Positions 21,293 through 30,838 of a DNA stretch of 64,000 bases are shown here, in pieces. This DNA is from Clostridia bacterium (GTDB lineage Bacteria > Bacillota > Clostridia > Christensenellales > UBA1242). The stretch lies in assembly GCA_045650505.1 (NCBI GenBank), contig JAZRRE010000030.1:78285-142284 (forward strand), read 5' to 3'. Every line of letters begins with the position of its first letter. Within the stretch, counting starts at the first letter, position 1. Both the position numbers and the translations under genes were made by a program. A model generated the notes under the pieces. That model saw only the letters and a list, made by a program, of their open reading frames with translations, was not told the DNA's origin and ran no database searches.

Positions 21293-21338
21293 AAAACGCA
21301 AAAATATATAAAAAATAATTAAAAAATGGAGAATAAAT

Positions 21339-22088
21339 ATGAAAAAGAAAATTTTAACATTTATTTTAACAATCTGTTTAATCTTCCCTTGTGTGTTTAT
21401 GTTTAGTGCTTGCGACAAAGAACCTGAAAATCCATCAAATGAAACACCATCAAATTCACCTTCAGGTTCATCTGTGGTTTACACAGTTACTGAAGCTGAA
21501 TGGGAAATTAACTTCAATATCACAAAATTACAAAGTGAACCACAAGCAGAACCTGTTTGCTATACTGTAAGCAATGTTGCTGATAGTTCATTAGATGAAA
21601 TCACCTCTTACACACTTCGTGCTGAAGGTGAATCTGAAGGCGAGCCTGGTTTAGGCATTTTAAAAGTTGCTCAAAATGGATTGTATATGGAATTTTATGT
21701 GGATAATGTTTTATCAGAAGATGAAACAGGAACATTTACAAGTTCAAACCCAATTTATATTGGAATGACAAAAATGTTAGGCAGTTACCTTCCTTTTTCA
21801 GGTCAATATGATAGATTTACTTTCGACCAAACAAAAAATGCCTATGTTGCTCAAAACTTAAAATCAACCGTTATTAACGAAGAAGATATTAACGAAACTC
21901 GTGACTTATTCAACAAATATGTTGAAATCACATTTATCAATGGATACCTTAACACTGTATCTATTCAACTTTGTATGGATGAATCATATGTAGACCCATA
22001 CCTTACATTAACATTTACTTTTTCAGATATAAACAACACAATAGTTGACACCACTGTTGAAGGTGTAGATAGTAAAACTGAATTTTAA
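21339..22088 (+). CDS. Lipoprotein of unknown function
   Basis: Signal peptide ending FMFSAC, Pro/Ser linker, beta-rich domain. Confidence 0.85.
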   Translation: MKKKILTFILTICLIFPCVFMFSACDKEPENPSNETPSNSPSGSSVVYTVTEAEWEINFNITKLQSEPQAEPVCYTVSNVADSSLDEITSYTLRAEGESEGEPGLGILKVAQNGLYMEFYVDNVLSEDETGTFTSSNPIYIGMTKMLGSYLPFSGQYDRFTFDQTKNAYVAQNLKSTVINEEDINETRDLFNKYVEITFINGYLNTVSIQLCMDESYVDPYLTLTFTFSDINNTIVDTTVEGVDSKTEF

Positions 22089-22135
22089 AAAACAGGGAAA
22101 CTTCCCTGTTTTTTTTGTGTTTTTTTAAATCTAAT

Positions 22136-23110
22136 TTAACTTGGTTGTGAACCTTCAATTTGCTTTAATATTTCATTAAGTCTTGAATGTTCTAAATCAA
22201 AGTCTGGCGCAAGTCTTGCTCTCACATCATCAAAAAATGGCGTTTTTACGCAAGTGTCCCAAAACTTATCGCTATTGTTTGAGTTGTTCACCCAAGGTTT
22301 TCTTTGACCTGCAAAGTGCGAGATTTTGATATTCTTTGTAGTTTCATCATACTCTTTTTTGAGCCAAGCAGGAAGATAGTTTGTCCAACCGAAATCTTGA
22401 AGATGGTCCCAAGCGCCGTCAACAAGCAAAATTCTGCCCTCACAAATAACATTCAAGATATCTTGGTCGTGTTGACGCCAATCCATAAGCCCCGCAATAT
22501 CCATAAGCATTTCAGGAGTGTAAGTTTTGTTGAATTCTGGAACATTAATAACAAGCATTCCAGACAAAATATAATCATCAACATTTTTAAGCCCCAAAAT
22601 TTCTTCGCGATACCACCTTCTGTCATCGTTATCTTTATAGCAGTGGCAAAGCCCCGCATAATCTCTTGAAGAAGCAATCAAATTGTCACCAAGCTCTGTG
22701 CCATGATAAAGTTCTGCAACATCGGTGAGTGCAAGCATATCGCCATCAAAATATAAAACCTTTTCATAATCAGGCATAAGTGTTGGAATCAAGAGTCTGT
22801 AATAAATTTCAGGTGAATAAGAGGTTTGTGTGTAAATGTTTTCAGTGAACAAATTTTCTGGCATCTTGATATGTTTTTCAAGGTCAAAAAGGCGGATTGA
22901 AACATTTTGTTTTCCATCAGCCATTGAAAGCAACTTCTTTTTGAGAATAGGGTCTGCATTGCTGCAAAGCACCACAATATCATAATTGTCATTTTTATTT
23001 GCGTGGTCAATGATTGATTGAATCATTACACCTGTGAATGGCAAAAAGCCATTGTTTGCCGCAAAACAAATTGGAACAGCATTATCTTTAAAAACTTTAT
23101 TGATAACCAT
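22136..23110 (-). CDS. Glycosyltransferase family 8
   Basis: YYRLLIP, YFDGDM, SGMLVIN, DQDILN, HFAGQRKPW. Confidence 0.92.
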   Translation of the reverse strand: MVINKVFKDNAVPICFAANNGFLPFTGVMIQSIIDHANKNDNYDIVVLCSNADPILKKKLLSMADGKQNVSIRLFDLEKHIKMPENLFTENIYTQTSYSPEIYYRLLIPTLMPDYEKVLYFDGDMLALTDVAELYHGTELGDNLIASSRDYAGLCHCYKDNDDRRWYREEILGLKNVDDYILSGMLVINVPEFNKTYTPEMLMDIAGLMDWRQHDQDILNVICEGRILLVDGAWDHLQDFGWTNYLPAWLKKEYDETTKNIKISHFAGQRKPWVNNSNNSDKFWDTCVKTPFFDDVRARLAPDFDLEHSRLNEILKQIEGSQPS

Positions 23111-23269
23111 TTTGCCCTCCTTAAATCGTAATAATATTATATCACTTTAAATCATCTTTTTCAATATATTCCTAAAAACTGCTCTTAAACCCCGAAAATT
23201 TCAGCATTTGCAAGCATTTATTTTATCAAAATTCTGCTAAAAATCTAAAATAAATTTTATTTATACATA

Positions 23270-23298
23270 TTGACATTACATTTATTTTCATTTATAAT
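23270..23298 (+). promoter_or_regulatory. Consensus sigmaA promoter of LysR gene
   Basis: TTGACA-17-TATAAT. Confidence 0.85.
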
Positions 23299-23332
23299 AT
23301 GGCTGTTTACGAAATTTTATGGAGATACAATA

Positions 23333-24226
23333 ATGCAATTTTCCAATATAAACTACAACCTATATAAAAGTTTCTTGGTTGTATATGAAACAAAAAATAT
23401 TTCAAGGGCTGCCGACCTTCTTTACATTTCGCAACCAGCAGTCAGCCACAACATTAAAGAACTTGAAAAACAACTTGGAATTCAACTTTTCTATAAAAAA
23501 GCAAACGGTATGAGTTCAACAAGCGAAGCAGATATTTTATATAAATATATCTCAAGTGCTTTCAACTCAATCTGGAAAGGTGAACTCACAATTTCAGATA
23601 TGGCAGGTCTTAAAACCGGCGTTGTTAAAATTGGTTCACCATCATATCTTGCTGTGCTTTATCTCTCAAACATTATCACAGATTTTAGAAAGCAATATCC
23701 AAACATTAAAATCGAAATTGTTTCAAAGTCAATGCCAGACCTTATTGCAATGCTTCAAACCCAAAACATTGACTTTGTGATTGACTGTCAACCTATTCCA
23801 ACTGACAAGTCAAAAACCGAAGTGAAGTATTTAACTTCATTTGCACACTGCTTTGTAACAACTGATAAATATTACACAAACAAGCCGGTTGGCATTGAAG
23901 CATTAAACACACTTCCACTCATCATTTGCTCACAAACTTCTGAAGAAATCAAGCTTTTGAAGAACGCAATGAGTGAAATTAAAATCAATCCTGTTATTGA
24001 ATCGTGGACAACTGAAACCCTTGTTAAACTTGTTAAAGATGGCAACGGTGTTGGTTACATTCAAGAAGAATATGTTAGGGGTGACCTTGAGAACGGAACA
24101 CTTAAAAAACTCAACATTTCGTTCACACCACCAAAACTTGATATCTATTGCGGATACATCAGTGACACTCTTGCTTATGCTCCAAAAAAGTTTATCGACC
24201 ACGTGCTTTCAGTTAAACATCAATAG
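23333..24226 (+). CDS. LysR family transcriptional regulator
   Basis: ISRAADLLYISQPAVSHNIKELEKQLG HTH plus substrate-binding domain. Confidence 0.95.
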   Translation: MQFSNINYNLYKSFLVVYETKNISRAADLLYISQPAVSHNIKELEKQLGIQLFYKKANGMSSTSEADILYKYISSAFNSIWKGELTISDMAGLKTGVVKIGSPSYLAVLYLSNIITDFRKQYPNIKIEIVSKSMPDLIAMLQTQNIDFVIDCQPIPTDKSKTEVKYLTSFAHCFVTTDKYYTNKPVGIEALNTLPLIICSQTSEEIKLLKNAMSEIKINPVIESWTTETLVKLVKDGNGVGYIQEEYVRGDLENGTLKKLNISFTPPKLDIYCGYISDTLAYAPKKFIDHVLSVKHQ

Positions 24227-24363
24227 AAACCAGACAAATTTTGTCTGGTTTTTTCTTTATCAATTATTTTTATATATCATATTTCTTTTTTGCATATTTA
24301 CCCATTCAAAAAAATTTTGTTTTATTTTTAAATTGTGATATCATTAATTTGAGGAAGAATGAT

Positions 24364-25305
24364 ATGAATAATTATTATTATTGCATTGATGTTGGTGGCA
24401 CAACCATCAAAGGTGGAATTGTTGACACCGATAATAACATTTTGTTTTCAAGCTGGGTAAAGACCCGAACATTTGATGGTTCAATTTCACTTGCTGAAAA
24501 CATTATGTCACTTGTTTCAAATCTAGAAGAAAACTCACAGCTTCCCGTTTCAAAAGCAAAAGGAATTGGAATTGGTGTTCCGGGAATTATTTCAGATAAA
24601 GGTGTTGTTTGCAGGTCAGCAAACCTTAACCTTAACCAATATCCACTCAAAACCGAACTTGAAAAAATCTTAACTATTCCTGTTAAAATTGCAAACGATG
24701 CTTGCGTTGCAGGGCTTGCAGAAAATGCCTTTGGTGCTGGGAAAGATTTTAACAACTATCTTATGCTCACACTTGGAACCGGAATCGGCGGTGAAATTTT
24801 TATTGGTGGCAAACCACTCCGCTTGCTCCGTTGCTTTTCATCTGAAATGGGACATATGAAAATCACTGACAGAAACATAAGATGTGGCTGCGGTGAATAC
24901 GGCTGTTTTGAAAGTGTTGCAAGCACAATTGCACTTGAACGTCAAACCCGTGAAGCAATGGAAAAGAACAAAGATTCAAAAATGTGGGAAAAATACACCA
25001 TCGAAACCGTTAACGGAAAAACCGTTTTTGAATTTAAAGATATCGACAAAACCGCTGCAACAGTTTTTAAAAACTACATAAAATATTTAGGGACAGGTGT
25101 TGCAAACCTTATCAATATTTTATCACCAGAGGCAATCATTATTGGTGGTGCAGTTTCTGCACAAAAAGACAACCTAACCACTCCACTCAAAGAGTATGTT
25201 TACAGTCACATATATGCCCGAAATGAACGACCATATCCTGAAATTTTAAACGCGAAGGCATCAGGAAATGCAGGAATTTTGGGCGCAAAATGTTTATTTG
25301 ATTAA
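24364..25305 (+). CDS. ROK family sugar kinase (glucokinase-like)
   Basis: IDVGGT, NDA, GTGIGG, EMGH, CGCGEYGCFE. Confidence 0.92.
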   Translation: MNNYYYCIDVGGTTIKGGIVDTDNNILFSSWVKTRTFDGSISLAENIMSLVSNLEENSQLPVSKAKGIGIGVPGIISDKGVVCRSANLNLNQYPLKTELEKILTIPVKIANDACVAGLAENAFGAGKDFNNYLMLTLGTGIGGEIFIGGKPLRLLRCFSSEMGHMKITDRNIRCGCGEYGCFESVASTIALERQTREAMEKNKDSKMWEKYTIETVNGKTVFEFKDIDKTAATVFKNYIKYLGTGVANLINILSPEAIIIGGAVSAQKDNLTTPLKEYVYSHIYARNERPYPEILNAKASGNAGILGAKCLFD

Positions 25306-25329
25306 AAATTTTATCAAGGAGAAAAAAGT

Positions 25330-26589
25330 ATGAAATTAAATTTAAGACACAGCACACTTAAAGACAAAGACTTTGACTCAAAAGAGTTCGACAAAAAAAT
25401 TAAAGAGATTCACGAAAAACTTCACTCTAGCGACACAAGTGCAGGAACCACTTGGGCAAACTGGCCAGAAACTTATGACAAAAAAGAATTTAACAAAATC
25501 TTAAAACTTGCTAAAGAAATTGAAAAAAATGCCGACGCCCTTTTAGTTATAGGAATTGGTGGTTCTTATCTTGGAGCAAAAGCAGGTATGGATATGCTTG
25601 CTCCTAAAAAACAAAAAGTTGAAATCATTTTTGCAGGAACCAATTTTGATTACAGCGACCTTGAATCAAAACTTGAATATTTAAAAAACAAAGATGTTTA
25701 CGTTAATGTGGTTTCAAAATCAGGCACAACTGTTGAAATTTTGTCAACCTTAAACATTGTTGAACGCTTCTTAAAAAATAAGTATAAAGGTGATTATAAA
25801 TCAAGACTCATCTTCACAACCGATAAAGAAAAAGGCTATCTTCGTGAACGCGCTAACCTTGAAGGTATTGAAACACTCTGCGTTCCTGACAATATGGGTG
25901 GAAGATTCTCTGTTTTATCAGCAGTAGGTTTGCTTCCATTTGCTGCAGCAGGAATCAACATCAAAAAGATTATGGATGGTGCACTTCAAGCTTATAACGA
26001 ATTTTTAACTGACAAAATCGAACTCAACCCTGCATATAAATATGCAATTTATAGATATTTAATCAATAAAAAACTTGGCAGAAAAATTGAACTCTTTGCA
26101 AGCTTTTCATCAAGTTTAACATCATTTGGAGCATGGCTTGTTCAACTTTTCAATGAAAGTGAAGGCAAAGACCACAAAGGCTTGTTTGTTTCATCACTTG
26201 CCTATTCAACTGACTTGCACTCTGTTGGACAATTCATTCAACAAGGCACACCAATGATTGCTGAAACCTTTATTGATATCAAAACTCCACTTAAAGATAC
26301 AACTCTCACAAACATTCCACTTTCAAGTCCAATCAAATTTTTAGATGGAAAAACAATGAACGAAATCAATCGTGCTGGCTTTGAAGGAACTGTTAAAGCA
26401 CACACCGAAGCAGATGTTCCAATTGCAATTTTAGAAGTTGAAAACATCAGCGAAGAATCTTATGGCTATATGGTTTATTTCTTTGAACTTGCTTGTGGTG
26501 CAAGCGGATATCTTTTAGGCGTTAACCCATTCAATCAACCAGGTGTTGAACAATATAAAGCACATATGAAACAACTTTTAAAAAGTTAA
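25330..26589 (+). CDS. pgi: Glucose-6-phosphate isomerase
   Basis: GIGGSYLG, SKSGTT, GGRFSVLS, ESEGK, NPFNQPGVE. Confidence 0.96.
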   Translation: MKLNLRHSTLKDKDFDSKEFDKKIKEIHEKLHSSDTSAGTTWANWPETYDKKEFNKILKLAKEIEKNADALLVIGIGGSYLGAKAGMDMLAPKKQKVEIIFAGTNFDYSDLESKLEYLKNKDVYVNVVSKSGTTVEILSTLNIVERFLKNKYKGDYKSRLIFTTDKEKGYLRERANLEGIETLCVPDNMGGRFSVLSAVGLLPFAAAGINIKKIMDGALQAYNEFLTDKIELNPAYKYAIYRYLINKKLGRKIELFASFSSSLTSFGAWLVQLFNESEGKDHKGLFVSSLAYSTDLHSVGQFIQQGTPMIAETFIDIKTPLKDTTLTNIPLSSPIKFLDGKTMNEINRAGFEGTVKAHTEADVPIAILEVENISEESYGYMVYFFELACGASGYLLGVNPFNQPGVEQYKAHMKQLLKS

Positions 26590-26594
26590 TAAAT

Positions 26595-26625
26595 AAAAAG
26601 ACTAGCAAATTGCTAGTCTTTTTTT
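26595..26625 (+). terminator. Intrinsic terminator after pgi
   Basis: aaaaagactagcaa-a-ttgctagtcttttt. Confidence 0.8.
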
Positions 26626-26683
26626 ACTATTTTTTTGCAAAATAAAAAGTCGTGAAAATTTCACGACTTTCATTATTCACTTA

Positions 26684-27004
26684 TTAGCCTACTACACCAA
26701 CAAGGTTGTTCCAAGTTCCTGGGAAGAACATAAACACAACAACAAGAGCAATAGCTACATAGAAAATAATTCTTGTAACCAAGTTCTTACCACTAACAAA
26801 TTCAAGACCCACAAGACCAACCACAACAAGTGGAGCATATGTTTGAATGACACGAAGAACATTCATAACAAATGAATCAGCAGGAATGAATTCCCAAGTA
26901 GCGTTGATGCACAAAACCAAGTAAACTAAAATTGTTACAGCAGCAGCAAGCATACCAATAACATCTAAAATTTGTTTTCTTACTTCTTTTGCGTTATCTA
27001 CCAT
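26684..27004 (-). CDS. Small membrane protein (about 3 TM)
   Basis: Three hydrophobic segments; AAGGAG RBS fits ATG 27004. Confidence 0.8.
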   Translation of the reverse strand: MVDNAKEVRKQILDVIGMLAAAVTILVYLVLCINATWEFIPADSFVMNVLRVIQTYAPLVVVGLVGLEFVSGKNLVTRIIFYVAIALVVVFMFFPGTWNNLVGVVG

Positions 27005-27278
27005 ATTTCTCATCTCCTTGATTCAATGATACAACAAATAAAAATTGTTTGTCAAACTTAAAAATTGTTTTAATGAAATTTGTCAACATTTTTTATTTTC
27101 AAGCATAAACTATAATAGACCACAAAAAAAGCGTTTAATATTCTTTATTTGCGGTCAATACAAAAGAAATAATGGGCAATCATAATTTTCCAACACACAT
27201 AAAAAACACCAAAAGAGGCAATATATATTTTGCCTCTTTTTTTGCATAAAAAAAACAAACCTTTCACACACTAAAAAT

Positions 27279-27419
27279 ATGGAAAGAACAGTGAAAGAAA
27301 CTTATGACGCACTTTATTCATCAAGTCTTGAAAGACTTGAGAAAAATCTCGACAGACTTATTGAAGCTAAACATAACGACCTAAAAACAAGACTTGAAAA
27401 TCGAACTGAAAACAATTAA
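27279..27419 (+). CDS. 46-aa leaderless protein with sigmaG-like promoter
   Basis: MERTVKETYDALYSSSLERLEKNLDRLIEAKHNDLKTRLENRTENN; host-like codons; GCATA-18-CACACTA ends 5 nt before ATG. Confidence 0.6.
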   Translation: MERTVKETYDALYSSSLERLEKNLDRLIEAKHNDLKTRLENRTENN

Positions 27420-27481
27420 TCACAAACAACCCTTTATGGTCGCATAAAAAAAGAACTCTAGTTTTAGAGTTCTTTTTGTGT

Positions 27482-29206
27482 TTAATCTTTTATTGATTTT
27501 TCAAAATCTGGCGAAAGCATTTCATCAGCAAGTTCTTGAATGATGTAACCATTAAGTTTTTTGCTGAACTTCTTAATCACTTCTGCAATAAACGAAATAT
27601 CATCACTCCAAACAAACCACTTCATAATATAGTTTTCAGCATTCTTTACATTTGCGTCAAGTTGAAGCCTGATTGCCTCTTTCATCATTTCTTTTGCAGT
27701 GTCAATAACCTTGTCAAAATCAAACCAAAGTTTTCCGTCACGAACTTGAATCGCCTTTTCAGTGAGCATACGATTGCAAATCATAACCGACCTTGTTCTG
27801 TGTGCTTGCGAAAGCGATGGCTTGCCTTTCAAGAACCCATAAGCAAGGCTTGTAACAATAATTTGCTTTGCTTGTGTTTCAGTGAAATATCCTTCTTTAA
27901 CAAACTCACGAAGGAAGCAGTACATTCCCATATCAGCCTTATATTCTTCAATAATGAAACTGAACTTTCCAAGCCCGCTATGTGTTTGTGGTCCTAAACT
28001 ATGAGTGTTTTCGTGGCAGATAACAGCCCAATGGTCTGCTTCAGGGTTGAAATATTTAAACTGGTCTTCGTGAATCAAATTTTTATAAAGTTTCTTGTTT
28101 GAGTTTGAACGAACTTGTCTGTGATAAACATTTCTTCTTCCACCACCAATTTTAAGTGCTGGTTTGTCATCATTTGGAAGGTTTTGTGCAAGCACCAAAC
28201 TTGCCCTATAAGCCCCCTCTTCTCCGGTCAAGGTCACAAGGTCAACATCAACAGCTGTTTGCGGAATATCATCTTTTTCATTTGCCCTTTCATACTCATT
28301 TGCGTAAGGCATAAGTTTTGCAGAAACATCAATCAATCGTTTGAGTTTTCGAAGAAGTTTTGTGCCTGACTTATTCACAATCCCAACTCTCGCACCAAGA
28401 CTGTCTTTTGCATAAACAGTAATATTGTTAGCTTTGAGTTTTGCCATAAGTTCATCATTTTCATAAATGCTCTTTGTGAGTTTTTCATCATAACACTCTC
28501 TGCAAATAGTGAACTCAAATTTACCACCAGAAAGTTTTGCCCACTCTTTGTCAGCCTTTGCATCAAGCATTGGGTCAGCCTTTCGAAGTGCTTTAATTTG
28601 AAGCTCTAAATATTTATTAAACTTTTTGTCATCACTAAACTCAATTGCTTTTTCAAGTTCATCAGCCATTTCTTGAAACTCTGTGAATGCATTAACAAAA
28701 TCAATCGCTTTAAGTTTATCGCCATCACGAACAACAATCGAACGTTGATTCAAAATTTCTTCAACTTGCTTGTTGTCACCTGCATCAAGCATATCATTAA
28801 TGATTTTGTGGAACTCTTCTGCTTCAAGGTCTTCAGGAAAATATCCAAGCCCATCAGGTTCATTCACGCCTTTAGCAAGTTTTGTTTGTTCACCAAGTGC
28901 ATCAGGTGAAAACATACTTTTTTGCGACAAAAAGAGCTTTTTGGCGAGAATTGCTTTTGGGTTGCCCGCTTGTTCTTCTCTATTCAAAAAGTCTAAAAAT
29001 TCAAGGTTTTTAGGGTGACCAAGTTTAAGGTTAACACTTTCAAGTTTGTTTGCTGCTCTTGTTAAATGCATAAGCACCAAAAGGTCATTTTTTGAAAGTT
29101 TTTTAACTTCTCTTGAATCTCTTTTTAAAAACTTAACACCTTTATAATATCTCTTGCTTGTTCTCTTTTTAAGTTCTGCAAGTGACATTTGAAATTTAAA
29201 ATCCAT
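27482..29206 (-). CDS. Peptidase family M49 (DPP III-like), HExxH type
   Basis: AQNLPND, HENTHSLGP, EEYKAD; ATG 29206 after AAGGAG. Confidence 0.85.
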   Translation of the reverse strand: MDFKFQMSLAELKKRTSKRYYKGVKFLKRDSREVKKLSKNDLLVLMHLTRAANKLESVNLKLGHPKNLEFLDFLNREEQAGNPKAILAKKLFLSQKSMFSPDALGEQTKLAKGVNEPDGLGYFPEDLEAEEFHKIINDMLDAGDNKQVEEILNQRSIVVRDGDKLKAIDFVNAFTEFQEMADELEKAIEFSDDKKFNKYLELQIKALRKADPMLDAKADKEWAKLSGGKFEFTICRECYDEKLTKSIYENDELMAKLKANNITVYAKDSLGARVGIVNKSGTKLLRKLKRLIDVSAKLMPYANEYERANEKDDIPQTAVDVDLVTLTGEEGAYRASLVLAQNLPNDDKPALKIGGGRRNVYHRQVRSNSNKKLYKNLIHEDQFKYFNPEADHWAVICHENTHSLGPQTHSGLGKFSFIIEEYKADMGMYCFLREFVKEGYFTETQAKQIIVTSLAYGFLKGKPSLSQAHRTRSVMICNRMLTEKAIQVRDGKLWFDFDKVIDTAKEMMKEAIRLQLDANVKNAENYIMKWFVWSDDISFIAEVIKKFSKKLNGYIIQELADEMLSPDFEKSIKD

Positions 29207-29316
29207 AATATTCTCCTTATAATATTCTATCCATAAAAAACAAAATCTTTCACACAAATGAAACAAAAAAGACGCAATCACTCTTGCGTCTTTTGTTAGA
29301 TTTTGAAATAAACTTT

Positions 29317-29913
29317 TTACATCTCTTTTCTGTCAGAAAGTGCTCTTGAAAGAGTGACTTCATCAGCATACTCAAGTTCACTTCCCATAGAAATACCCTG
29401 CGCAATTCTCGAAACTTTAACACCAAGAGGCTTTAAAAGTTTTGCAATATACATTGCTGTTGCTTCACCTTCAACATCAGGGTTTGTTGCAATAATAACT
29501 TCTTCGGTTCCATTTTCAGCAACCCTAGAAAGAAGTTCTTTAAGTCTAATATCATTTGGTCCAACACCTGCAAGAGGGTTAATTGTTCCGTGCAAAATGT
29601 GATAAGCACCTTTGAACGAACTTGTGCGCTCAATAGCCATTGCATCTTTTGGTTCTTTCACCACGCAAATAGTTTTGCTTGAACGCTCTCTGCAAACTCT
29701 ACAAGGGCTTGTTTCGGTATAGTTTCCACACACTTCACAAAACTTAATTTTTGCTTTAACATTCATAATAGCATCTGCAAAATTTTTGGCACCCTCATCA
29801 CTTGCACGAATGATATGATAAGCATATCTTTCAGCAGTTTTCTTGCCCACGCTAGGAAGTTTTGAAAACTCATTAATCAGCCTTGCAATAGGTTCAATTT
29901 GATTAATATCCAC
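29317..29913 (-). CDS. recR: Recombination protein RecR
   Basis: LPSVGKKTAER, C4 zinc finger, ATNPDVEGEATA Toprim. Confidence 0.97.
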   Translation of the reverse strand: MDINQIEPIARLINEFSKLPSVGKKTAERYAYHIIRASDEGAKNFADAIMNVKAKIKFCEVCGNYTETSPCRVCRERSSKTICVVKEPKDAMAIERTSSFKGAYHILHGTINPLAGVGPNDIRLKELLSRVAENGTEEVIIATNPDVEGEATAMYIAKLLKPLGVKVSRIAQGISMGSELEYADEVTLSRALSDRKEM

Positions 29914-30245
29914 TAAATAAGTCCCCCGAATGCTCCAAGTGAACTTGCTTTCTTTTCATCAATTTTTGCTTTTGCATCGTTATATGCTGCAACCACAAGG
30001 TCTTCAAGCATTTCAATGTCATCAGGGTCAACCACTGCTGGGTTGATTTTTACGCTAACCATTTCAAATGCACCGTTAACTTCAACCTTAACCATTTCGC
30101 CACTAGCACTGCCTTCAAAAACAGTGTTTTCAAGTTCTTCTTTTGCTCTCATTGCATCTTGTTGCATTTTTTGTGCTTGCTTCATCATTGCTTGCATATT
30201 TCCGCCGCCGAAGCCGCCACCAAATCCACCAAATCTATTTGCCAT
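29913..30245 (-). CDS. ebfC: YbaB/EbfC nucleoid-associated protein
   Basis: MMKQAQKMQ, DDIEMLEDLVVAAYN; position between dnaX and recR. Confidence 0.95.
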   Translation of the reverse strand: MANRFGGFGGGFGGGNMQAMMKQAQKMQQDAMRAKEELENTVFEGSASGEMVKVEVNGAFEMVSVKINPAVVDPDDIEMLEDLVVAAYNDAKAKIDEKKASSLGAFGGLI

Positions 30246-30358
30246 AATAATCTCCTTAAAATATCTTTTTACTTTTTTATTATAATTTATAAACCCTTGA
30301 TTTTCAAACAAATTTGCGAAGTGCTTTGCATTTTGTTAGATTTTATCAAGTTTTTTTA

Positions 30359-30838
30359 TTAATAATTTGTCTTTTTTTCTTTAATGACAAGTTTTCTGCC
30401 AAGCAGTCTTTTAAGCTCATCAATTTCTGTTTTATCTTCAATAATTTCTTGCACTTTAAAGCTCAAGCCCTTGCTTTCAAAAAAGTTTGAAATCTCTGCA
30501 TAATACCTTTCATTTTTTTGAAGTTCAATAATGTCTTTATCTTCTGAAAAAATCACTGCTGTTTTGCCATCAAGCTCAATTTTTGAAATCTGCCTGCAAA
30601 GCATTAAAAGTGACATCGACTTTGCTTTTCGAAGATTAACAAGCAACTCACCTAAAAGTTTGATTGAACCATTATTTTGGGTTTGAGTTGAACTTTTTTC
30701 ACTTTCATCAAAAATCGGTTTGTTTTTAATTTCTTGCTTGATGCTTGAAATTTCTGTTTCTAGTTTTTGAACCACTTGTTTTGTGACTTCAATTTCATTT
30801 TTTGAAAGTTTCTTTTCACTTGAGCCGTTATCTGGGAA
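30359..30838 (-). CDS. dnaX: DnaX C-terminal (tau-specific) part in the +1 frame
   Basis: Frame overlaps the dnaX stop; no SD before GTG 30775; fusion gives 537 aa. Confidence 0.65.
   Translation of the reverse strand, partial: FPDNGSSEKKLSKNEIEVTKQVVQKLETEISSIKQEIKNKPIFDESEKSSTQTQNNGSIKLLGELLVNLRKAKSMSLLMLCRQISKIELDGKTAVIFSEDKDIIELQKNERYYAEISNFFESKGLSFKVQEIIEDKTEIDELKRLLGRKLVIKEKKTNY

Noticed and set aside
24250-24300. Sixth copy of the post-stop motif on the minus strand
   Set aside because: Degenerate, 22-nt spacer and not after a gene stop
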